The notes: generated from the sequence alone by a model not told the origin. A DNA stretch of 32,000 nt from Schaalia odontolytica (GCF_005696695.1 NZ_CP040006.1:510001-542000); one strand, 5' to 3'; shown: positions 17,342 to 29,255, numbered from the stretch's first letter. Made by a program: numbers and translations.

Positions 17342-18364
17342 ATGAGTAACGCTCCCGAGGTACGCGGGCTCTTCCTCAAGGCCCTCGGCCGCCCGGTTAT
17401 CGTGGCCCCCAGCTCGGCGGAGCCGACCGTCACCTTCGACGGCCCGCTCACCGAGGTGTGCCCCTGCTCCCTGAAGGAGACGGAGCTTCCCGTCGTCGTG
17501 CGCGCCGGCGAGGAGACCTTCGAGGTCCGCGCCACCGCCACGGGTGAGCGCGCCATCAACGGCCGCGTCGCCCTCGTCACGGGTGGTGCCCAGGGCTTCG
17601 GTGCGGAGATCGCGCGCGGTCTGGTGGACGCCGGCTGCTTCGTGTACGTCGCCGACCTGAACGGCGAGGGTGCGGCAGCCAAGGCGGCCGAACTCGGCGG
17701 TGAAGGCGTTGCCCACCCGATCACGGTCAACGTCGCCGACGAGGAATCCGTCGCCGCGATGGCCTCCGAGATTGAGCGCGTCACCGGCGGCCTTGACCTG
17801 GTCGTCTCCAACGCGGGCATCGTGCGCGCGGGCTCGGTCCTCGAGCAGGACGCCTCGGCGTTCCGCCTGTCCACCGACATCAACTACGTGGCCTTCTTCC
17901 TGGTCACCAAGCACCTGGGCCAGCTCCTGGCTCGCCAGCACTCGACCGCCCCCGAGTGGCTGACCGACATCATCCAGATCAACTCCAAGTCCGGCCTCGT
18001 CGGCTCGAACAAGAACGCCGCCTACGCGGGCTCGAAGTTCGGCGGTATCGGCCTGGTCCAGTCCTTCGCCCTCGAGATGGTTGCTCACGGCGTGAAGGTC
18101 AACGCGATCTGCCCCGGCAACTTCTACGACGGCCCGCTCTGGTCCGACCCGGACCGCGGCCTCTTCGTCCAGTACCTGAACTCCGGCAAGGTGCCCGGCG
18201 CCAAGACGGTTGCCGACGTCAAGGAGTTCTACGAGGCGAAGGTCCCCATGCGCCGTGGCGCCCAGGGCATCGACGTTCTGCGTGCGATCTTCTACATCGT
18301 CGAGCAGGAATACGAGACCGGCCAGGCCGTGCCCGTCACGGGCGGCCAGGTGATGCTCTCCTGA
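17342..18364 (+). CDS. Short-chain dehydrogenase closely resembling sorbitol-6-phosphate 2-dehydrogenase (SrlD/GutD), with a ~70-aa N-terminal extension
   Basis: 340 aa. RBS AAGAAAGAGAG. Motifs VTGGAQGFG, NAG, IIQINSKSGLVGSNKNAAYAGSKFGGIGLVQSFALE and a VTGGQVM end match SrlD as I remember it nearly block for block. Confidence 0.85.
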   Translation: MSNAPEVRGLFLKALGRPVIVAPSSAEPTVTFDGPLTEVCPCSLKETELPVVVRAGEETFEVRATATGERAINGRVALVTGGAQGFGAEIARGLVDAGCFVYVADLNGEGAAAKAAELGGEGVAHPITVNVADEESVAAMASEIERVTGGLDLVVSNAGIVRAGSVLEQDASAFRLSTDINYVAFFLVTKHLGQLLARQHSTAPEWLTDIIQINSKSGLVGSNKNAAYAGSKFGGIGLVQSFALEMVAHGVKVNAICPGNFYDGPLWSDPDRGLFVQYLNSGKVPGAKTVADVKEFYEAKVPMRRGAQGIDVLRAIFYIVEQEYETGQAVPVTGGQVMLS

Positions 18365-18371
18365 CAGTGTC

Positions 18372-18419
18372 ACGAGGCCGGGGACACATGCGGGTTTCTC
18401 CGGAGCTCCCCGGCCTCGT
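18372..18419 (+). terminator. GAGGCCGGGG / CCCCGGCCTC inverted-repeat element after the SDR gene (candidate terminator or stabiliser)
   Basis: Perfect 13-bp arms ACGAGGCCGGGGA / TCCCCGGCCTCGT with a 22-nt loop, followed by CCTTTCTTCCC. Confidence 0.5.
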
Positions 18420-18464
18420 CCTTTCTTCCCACGTCCAGTAGTTTTTCCAGTGAAAGAGTCAGTC

Positions 18465-20066
18465 ATGACCCAGATTCCCGCCACTCAGTACGCGATTCAG
18501 ATCGTCGGCAAGGAAGAGTTCGTCGTTAACCCGGCGAAGCCCGTTGACCCCGTTGGCCCGACGCAGATCATGCTCGAGGTCGAAGCCTGCGGCATTTGCT
18601 TCTCTGATACGAAGCTGCTCCACCAGTTTGATGGCCACCCGCGCAAGTCGGACGTGGTGGCGGGTATCGACCTGGATGCTCTCAAGGACATTCCGTCCTA
18701 CCACCCGAACCAGGAGGCCGTGACGCCCGGCCACGAGCCCGTCGTCCGCGTCGTGCAGGTCGGCGAGAAGGTCACGCACTTCAAGGTCGGCGACCGCCTG
18801 CTGGTCCAGGCTGACTGGAAGCACCTGCGTACCGCAAAGTCGAACGGTGCCTTCGGCTACAACTTCGACGGCGCCCTCGAGGAGTTCGTTGTCGTCGACG
18901 AGCGCTGCGTCGTGTCCCCGGAGGGCGAAGAGTTCCTCATCCACGTGTCGGAGGGCCCGTCGGCCGCGGCAGTCGGCCTCATCGAGCCCTGGGCGACCGT
19001 TGAGGGCTCCTACGCGTGGGCCGAGCGCAACCACGTCGCCGACGGTGGCCGCCTGCTGGTCGTTGGCGAGGGCGATATCGACGCCCTGACCGCCGAGCAC
19101 AAGCCCGCCGAGGTCGTGCGCGTTGCCGCTGACGCCATCGAGGGCGTCGAGGGAGAGTTTGACGACATCGTGTTCTTCGGCGCGGACGCCGACGCGATCG
19201 AGAAGGCTGCGCTCCTGATCGGTACCCGCGGCACCATGTGTGTCGTCCTGGGCGGCGAGAAGATCTCGCGCAAGGTGTCCCTGGACATCGGCCGCGTCCA
19301 CTACGACTTCACCCGCTTCTGCGGCACGACCGGCTCGGATCCGCGCGAGGGCTACGCCTGGATCCCCGCCAACGGCGACCTGCGCGAGAACGACAAGTGT
19401 GTCTTCGTCGGCGCCGCTGGCCCGATGGGTGTCATGCACACGATGCGCGCCGTTACCTCGGGTGTTCCCGGCCTCAGCGTCGTTGGCACGGACCTGTCGG
19501 ACGAGCGCCTGGCCAACCTGACGAAGGTTGTCGGCCCGACCGCCGAGAAGAACGGCGTGCCGCTGGACATCGTCAACACCTCCTCGACGCCCCTGGAGTA
19601 CGGCTACACCTACGCGACGTGCCTCGTGCCCGTCCCGGCGCTGGTCTCCCAGGCTGTCGACCTGCTGGCCGAGGGCGGCATCCTGAACGCGTTCGCCGGT
19701 ATCCCGGCCGGCACCTTCGGCGACTTCGACCTGCAGGGCATCATCGAACGCCGGATCTTCATGCTGGGCACCTCCGGCTCGGACGTCTCCGACATGCGCA
19801 CGGTCCTGCGCAAGATCGAAGCCGGCATTATCGACACCACGATCTCCCTGTGGGCGATCACCGGCATGGCGGGCTTTGGCGACGCCATCAACGCGGTGAT
19901 GGACCGTACCTCGGGCGGCAAGATCATGGTCTTCCCGATGATGCACGACCTGGGCCTGACCCCCGTGTCCGAGCTCGCCGAGAAGCTGCCGACGGTCGCC
20001 GCGAAGCTTGACGCCGCCGGCCTGTGGACCAAGGAGGCCGAGGAGGCGCTGCTCGCCACCCGCTGA
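18465..20066 (+). CDS. Zinc-type medium-chain dehydrogenase/reductase (MDR), oversized; possibly of the ketose-1-phosphate reductase (SorE-like) branch
   Basis: 533 aa from the ATG at 18465 (RBS GAAAGAG; the GTG at 18450 is less likely). Has ADH_N features EACGICFSD and PGHEP, with no structural-zinc Cys cluster. Rossmann motif VFVGAAGPMG appears only at residue ~314. The C-terminal pattern LNAFAGIP...GTSGS...DM...GGKIMVFP resembles SorE from memory. Confidence 0.75.
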   Translation: MTQIPATQYAIQIVGKEEFVVNPAKPVDPVGPTQIMLEVEACGICFSDTKLLHQFDGHPRKSDVVAGIDLDALKDIPSYHPNQEAVTPGHEPVVRVVQVGEKVTHFKVGDRLLVQADWKHLRTAKSNGAFGYNFDGALEEFVVVDERCVVSPEGEEFLIHVSEGPSAAAVGLIEPWATVEGSYAWAERNHVADGGRLLVVGEGDIDALTAEHKPAEVVRVAADAIEGVEGEFDDIVFFGADADAIEKAALLIGTRGTMCVVLGGEKISRKVSLDIGRVHYDFTRFCGTTGSDPREGYAWIPANGDLRENDKCVFVGAAGPMGVMHTMRAVTSGVPGLSVVGTDLSDERLANLTKVVGPTAEKNGVPLDIVNTSSTPLEYGYTYATCLVPVPALVSQAVDLLAEGGILNAFAGIPAGTFGDFDLQGIIERRIFMLGTSGSDVSDMRTVLRKIEAGIIDTTISLWAITGMAGFGDAINAVMDRTSGGKIMVFPMMHDLGLTPVSELAEKLPTVAAKLDAAGLWTKEAEEALLATR

Positions 20067-20085
20067 GCGCTCCGCCTAGACCTTC

Positions 20086-20122
20086 GCCCCGGCCTCGTCT
20101 GTCACTCGGACGAGGCCGGGGC
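20086..20122 (+). terminator. Intrinsic terminator (short-loop form of the CCCCGGCCTC / GAGGCCGGGG element)
   Basis: Perfect 14-bp stem GCCCCGGCCTCGTC / GACGAGGCCGGGGC with a 9-nt loop and a T-rich tail CTTCTTTCTCT, 20 nt after the MDR stop. Confidence 0.7.
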
Positions 20123-20132
20123 CTTCTTTCTC

Positions 20133-20141
20133 TGCGATAAT
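20133..20141 (+). promoter_or_regulatory. Candidate extended -10 element (TGCGATAAT) for the orphan gene
   Basis: TGn-GATAAT lies about 40 nt upstream of the ATG at 20181. No good -35 element. Confidence 0.3.
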
Positions 20142-20180
20142 GAGGGGGCAAGCGTTGCGGGATGGAACGAGGAGGTTCCC

Positions 20181-21008
20181 ATGACGGTCAACGATCACGC
20201 CTCGCAGGAGCGTTACGTGGCGTTGCAGGCATGGCTGTGCGGGCAGATGTCCCCGCGTGCGCCTCACGCGGCGGACCTCTTTGCGCAGGACAGGGAGTGC
20301 CTCTACGATGCCTTCCTGTCCGTGCTCATTGGCACGGGGCTGGGATTCATCGCCTACGACGACATCCGCTTCCACCACGGCCTCTACGCCTTCGACTTTT
20401 TCGTGGGCGACGTCCACGCGCCACCCCGGCGTGGGGGAGCGGACGGGCCGGGGGAGTCCCGCGCGGCAGGGCAGCTCTCCCCGGCGGTCGCCACCCCGGC
20501 GATGTGCCACGCGATTGTCGACACGTGGCTCGGTGACGTGGGCAGGCACATCCACTTCGTGGCATCTGTGATTGCCTCCGTGGCCACCCTCGAGCTCGTC
20601 GCCGACGTGAGCGTCGACGAGTGTGTCTTTGAGTGTGACCTGCCGCCGGGCTACGCCTGCTCCACCGCAAACAAACCGTGGGAAGACGGCAGCCTGCCAA
20701 TTGGCGCGCTCGATTCATCTCTGGTGGTCCCCGGTCCTCTCATTCACCTCGAGGCGCGCCCGCGCTACAAGGGACAGGCCCTGTCCCCCTTGGGCTTTAC
20801 CGAGGCCTTGGCATCGGCCGTGCAGATGGGGCTCTCCGTGGAGTCGTCCTCTGCGTTCGCCTTCGGGGCCGCCGCCACTCTGCGCGCCCCGCACGGGGGC
20901 CCTGAGATGCTCGGGTGGGCTGCCGACGCAGTGGCTCGCGCCCTGTCCGCGTGCGGGTACACCGGGGTAGTGCAGATCCGAGCGCGCTTCGCTCACGCGC
21001 CGGCGTAG
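20181..21008 (+). CDS. Hypothetical protein, no recognisable domain
   Basis: 275 aa. Strong RBS GAGGAGG 5 nt before the ATG. Third-codon positions are GC-rich. Bounded by terminator hairpins on both sides. Confidence 0.5.
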   Translation: MTVNDHASQERYVALQAWLCGQMSPRAPHAADLFAQDRECLYDAFLSVLIGTGLGFIAYDDIRFHHGLYAFDFFVGDVHAPPRRGGADGPGESRAAGQLSPAVATPAMCHAIVDTWLGDVGRHIHFVASVIASVATLELVADVSVDECVFECDLPPGYACSTANKPWEDGSLPIGALDSSLVVPGPLIHLEARPRYKGQALSPLGFTEALASAVQMGLSVESSSAFAFGAAATLRAPHGGPEMLGWAADAVARALSACGYTGVVQIRARFAHAPA

Positions 21009-21040
21009 TATCTGACCGCCGCGCCGTCGCGCATAACGAA

Positions 21041-21074
21041 GCCCCGGCCTCGTCCGTTGAGACGAGGCCGGGGC
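21041..21074. terminator. Bidirectional terminator between convergent genes (CCCCGGCCTC / GAGGCCGGGG element)
   Basis: Perfect 14-bp stem GCCCCGGCCTCGTC / GACGAGGCCGGGGC with a 6-nt loop, between the stops at 21008 (+) and 21097 (-). Confidence 0.7.
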
Positions 21075-21096
21075 AAGTTGCTAGAGGAGCGGACCC

Positions 21097-22566
21097 TTAA
21101 GCGTTGGTCTTCTCTGCGGCGACGGGAGCGTCGTCCTTCCAGAAGTCCAGCTCGTCGGGGTTCAGCCCGATCGAGGAGGCCTTGAAGTGCGGCTCGAGGC
21201 CGGCCTTGCGCTGGGCGACGTAGTCGTTCGCGCAGCGGATGGCCTGGTTGCCGAGGATGACGATGACGGGCAGGTTGATGAGCGCCATGAGGCCCATCAG
21301 GATGTCGCCCAGGTTCCATGCGACCTCGAACTTGAGGAGCGCGCCCGCGAAGACGAGCAGCGCGGCGACGGCGCGGAAGATCGAGAGCATCCAGTGCTTC
21401 ATGTTCTTGTTGCGCAGCAGGAAGCGGAAGTTCACCTCGGCGTAGTAGAAGTTGCCCACCAGCGTCGTGAACGCGAAGAGGAACAGCGCGACCGAGATGA
21501 AGACCTGCGCGACCGGCTGGCCGAGGACCGTGGCCATCGCGTCCTTCACGAGGGGAGCGCCCGTCACGCCGTTGTCATTGCCAACGCCCGAGGAGAGAAC
21601 CACGAATGCGGTGAGCGTGCAGATCACCATGGTGTCGATGAAGACGGAGAGCATCTGGACGAGGCCCTGCTTCGCCGGGTGCGACACGGAGGCGGAGGCG
21701 GCGGCGTTCGGCGCGGAACCGACGCCGGCCTCGTTCGAGTAGAGGCCGCGCTTGATGCCGTACATCATTGCGGAGCCCGCGAAGCCACCGAAGATGGCCG
21801 GGAAGTCGAAAGCGCCGCTGAAGATCGCCGAGAACATCGCGGGAATGTTCTGGTAGTTGAGCGCGACGACAACCAGGCCGACGCCCAGATAGATGATGGC
21901 CATGACCGGCACAAGCAGGGCGGTGACGTCGGTGAGACGACGCGTGCCGCCGAAGATCGAGCCGGCCATGAGGACCGCGAGGACGGCACCGACGATCCAC
22001 GGGGTCCATTCGTTCGCCCAGCTGTACTCGGTGAACGCGTCGGCAACGTTAAAGGAGGCGAGCAGATTGAAGCCACCCATGTAGGTCAGAATGAGCACCG
22101 ACGCGAAGAGCGTGGCCAGCCAGTTCTGCTTGAGGGCCATCTGAATGTAGTAGGCGGGACCACCGTAGGAGTGGTGGGGACCCTGCTTCTTGTAGATCTG
22201 CGCGAGCGTCGACTCGATGAACGCGGATGCGCCACCGAGGGTCGCGATGACCCACATCCAGAACACGGAGCCGGCGCCGCCGAGCGTCACCGCTGTCGCC
22301 ACACCGGCAATGTTGCCGACGCCCACGCGCGAGGCCGTGGAGACCATCAGAGCGCGGAACGAAGAAACCTCGCCTTCCTCGTGGGGAGGCTCGGTCACGA
22401 CGCGGATCGCTTCCTTAAACAGGCGCAGCGGAAGAGCGCGCGTGCGGATGAAGAAGTACAGGCCAACGCCAATCAGAAGGGCGACAAGCAAGTACGTATA
22501 CATAAAGCCCGAGATAGCATCCAGGGTGCCGGCAAGATCAAAAGCCGGACGCAGAGTTCCATTCAT
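21097..22566 (-). CDS. Alanine/glycine:cation symporter (AGCS family, sodium:alanine symporter)
   Basis: 489 aa from the ATG at 22566 (RBS AGGAAC). Polytopic membrane protein. AGCS-like blocks: GGAGSVFWMWVIATLGGASAFIESTLAQIYK, GGPAYY, SNEAGVGSAPNAAA. Confidence 0.85.
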   Translation of the reverse strand: MNGTLRPAFDLAGTLDAISGFMYTYLLVALLIGVGLYFFIRTRALPLRLFKEAIRVVTEPPHEEGEVSSFRALMVSTASRVGVGNIAGVATAVTLGGAGSVFWMWVIATLGGASAFIESTLAQIYKKQGPHHSYGGPAYYIQMALKQNWLATLFASVLILTYMGGFNLLASFNVADAFTEYSWANEWTPWIVGAVLAVLMAGSIFGGTRRLTDVTALLVPVMAIIYLGVGLVVVALNYQNIPAMFSAIFSGAFDFPAIFGGFAGSAMMYGIKRGLYSNEAGVGSAPNAAASASVSHPAKQGLVQMLSVFIDTMVICTLTAFVVLSSGVGNDNGVTGAPLVKDAMATVLGQPVAQVFISVALFLFAFTTLVGNFYYAEVNFRFLLRNKNMKHWMLSIFRAVAALLVFAGALLKFEVAWNLGDILMGLMALINLPVIVILGNQAIRCANDYVAQRKAGLEPHFKASSIGLNPDELDFWKDDAPVAAEKTNA

Positions 22567-22625
22567 CGTTGTTCCTAGCGTTGATGGATGTTCGTGGACA
22601 CGGCAAGGCCGCGCTGATGGTCCCG

Positions 22626-22655
22626 AGTATAGCCCGTCGGTCAACGAAAGGTAAA
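22626..22655 (-). promoter_or_regulatory. Candidate promoter of the symporter gene
   Basis: On the minus strand: TTTACC (22655-22650), 18-nt spacer, TATACT (22631-22626). About 60 nt upstream of the ATG. Confidence 0.35.
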
Positions 22656-22890
22656 GAGTTTACTAAAAAACGTGATGGCGTAGGCCGTGTGGGCAGTTCA
22701 GACGCTGATGATCGGTGACCCTGCGTTGAGTTACTCGTGAATCTTGCGAGTGCTGGCGCACATTTCGCCCAAATCCTTGTGGTCTGGAGCATTAAAATCG
22801 CCGATTTTGGAGCAATTTGGCCGTGTATAGCACAAGAAATCGTTGATATTCTGCGAAAGTTGAGGTGTAGCTGGATAGATTGCGCTTGAT

Positions 22891-22919
22891 TTGACGATGC
22901 TCGGACAAGTGCGTATTGT
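22891..22919 (+). promoter_or_regulatory. rrn operon promoter
   Basis: TTGACG (22891-22896), 17-nt spacer, TATTGT (22914-22919). Lies in an AT-rich ~520-bp non-coding region, upstream of the 16S processing stem that begins near 23033. Confidence 0.55.
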
Positions 22920-23170
22920 TTTCCTTGTTGCGCCGAACGGCAGCGAACGAAGCGAAAAGCTCGAGTCGCGGAAACATGGCGCGGAACACCTTTCGAAAAC
23001 ATGCGAGATATTCGTGTGCGCTTGATCGTGTGGGTGTTGTTTGTGAACTCGATAGTGTGTTTGTTTGTTTTTTATGCCTGTTTTTTGTTTTTGAGTGTTT
23101 TTGGTTGGGATTGCTGGCTGGCCTTTTTTGGTTGGTTGGTTTTTCTGGGCTTTAACGTTTTTGTTTTTGT

Positions 23171-28150
<4,980 letters not shown>

Positions 28151-28278
28151 ACCCAACACAACGGGTAAGAGCAAAAAACACGAACAAACGTCGTGCCGCA
28201 ACCACTATACAAACCACGATCAACCCACACCCCCACCAAACAAACGAGCGTGCGGGGAACAGTGTTGAACACCAATAC

Positions 28279-28398
28279 TTGTGGTGGTCATAGCACCGGG
28301 GAAACGCCCAGCCTCCATTCCGAACCTGGAAGCTAAGCCCGGCAGCGCCAATGGTACTGCAACCGCCAGGTTGTGGGAGAGTAGGACACCGCCACAAC
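28279..28398 (+). rRNA. rrf: 5S ribosomal RNA
   Basis: Contains GGTCATAGCACCGGGGAAACGCCCAGCCTCCATTCCGAACCTGGAAGCTAAGCC...GGGAGAGTAGGACACCGCCACAAC. The terminal helix pairs 28279-28287 with 28389-28397. Confidence 0.93.
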
Positions 28399-28409
28399 AC
28401 ACCTCAAGT

Positions 28410-28443
28410 CGAAGGGCCTCATCCAAACGGATGAGGCCCTTCG
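28410..28443 (+). terminator. rrn operon terminator hairpin
   Basis: Perfect 15-bp stem CGAAGGGCCTCATCC / GGATGAGGCCCTTCG with the tetraloop AAAC, 12 nt after the 5S end. Confidence 0.75.
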
Positions 28444-28548
28444 CGTATCTTCCGCAGTGTTTATTGCTTGAGGCTTGCGCGCCCTCATCTGCGGAATCGC
28501 AGCGCTACTGCACTATGGGACTTGTGTCCTAAACGATAGTGATCGTCC

Positions 28549-28577
28549 TTGTGTCAGGCTTCGTGGCGAACTATAGT
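28549..28577 (+). promoter_or_regulatory. Candidate promoter of the FMN reductase gene
   Basis: TTGTGT (28549-28554), 17-nt spacer, TATAGT (28572-28577). Confidence 0.4.
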
Positions 28578-28613
28578 AGTTGACGTTTCAATAAGACTTC
28601 GAAAGGAAACGTC

Positions 28614-29138
28614 ATGGCTTCCGTTGCAATCGTCCTTGGTTCCGTTCGTCCCGGCCGCGCCGGCGAGCAGGTCGTTCGCTGGATCGAGGACCAGGCTCGT
28701 CAGGTTGAGGGCGTGCAGACCGTGTTCTTCGATCTGCGCGACTATAACCTCCCTCTCTTCGCGGAGGAGATGCCCCCGTCGATGAAGGCTCCCGAGCTGG
28801 CCGAGGCTGTTCGCCTTCGCGCTAATCTCGAGGCAAACGATGCTGTCCTGTTCGTGACGCCTGAGTACAACCACTCCGTGTCCGCAGCCCTGAAGAACGC
28901 GATCGACTACCTGCCTCCGGCTACGCTCAAGGACAAGGCCGTTGGTCTGGTGGGCTACTCCTGGTACGGCGCGGTCAAGCCGCTCGAGCATCTGCGCGAG
29001 ATCGTCTCGACCTTCGGTTCTGACGTGCGTGATCAGCAGGTTGGCATCAACCTGGGTTCTGACTTCCAGGATGGCGTTTTCACGCCCTCCGAGGAGCTCG
29101 GTGCGCAGATCCGTGAGCTGCTCGCGTCGCTGGCGTGA
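28614..29138 (+). CDS. NAD(P)H-dependent FMN reductase family oxidoreductase
   Basis: 174 aa. FMN_red pattern: IVLGSVRPGR near the N-terminus and FVTPEYNHSVSAALKNAIDYL. RBS GAAAGGAAAC. Confidence 0.8.
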   Translation: MASVAIVLGSVRPGRAGEQVVRWIEDQARQVEGVQTVFFDLRDYNLPLFAEEMPPSMKAPELAEAVRLRANLEANDAVLFVTPEYNHSVSAALKNAIDYLPPATLKDKAVGLVGYSWYGAVKPLEHLREIVSTFGSDVRDQQVGINLGSDFQDGVFTPSEELGAQIRELLASLA

Positions 29139-29255
29139 GAAAGGCTTCTGAGTGGTTTTCGAGTGATTGTGGCGCCGGCGCGCGAGTGTGTGTGGCGTGA
29201 GTCTTCGTGCGACCGTGGTTGAACGCTTGGGGGCTCGTCGAAGCAGCCGTTCAGA

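Noticed and set aside
9861-20066. Reading the DeoR-E2-E3-E1-SDR-MDR block as a standard acetoin/2,3-butanediol (aco/bdh) operon
   Set aside because: Not fully rejected, but judged less likely. The SDR matches sorbitol-6-phosphate dehydrogenase motifs rather than BudC-type ones. The MDR is 533 aa with SorE-like features. A PHP phosphoesterase and a DeoR (sugar-phosphate-type) regulator are present. The block abuts an aldolase-less fucose cluster. This needs experimental or phylogenetic resolution.
22567-22700. Possible glycine riboswitch in the 5' UTR of the alanine/glycine symporter gene
   Set aside because: The leader is only about 50-60 nt from the candidate promoter and lacks the conserved glycine-aptamer blocks that I can recall.
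22794-22808. Small palindrome AAAATCG-C-CGATTTT upstream of the rrn promoter, considered as a regulator site
   Set aside because: A 7-bp dyad in an AT-rich region is easily produced by chance. There is no second copy and no positional relationship to the promoter elements.
23060-23170. T/G-rich pseudo-repetitive tract (TTTTTTG, GGTTGG units) upstream of 16S, considered as a mobile-element end or satellite
   Set aside because: It lies inside the pre-rRNA leader, between the processing stem and the mature 5' end. Similar composition is seen in the ITS, and its complement follows the 23S gene. This is consistent with precursor secondary structure rather than a repeat element.
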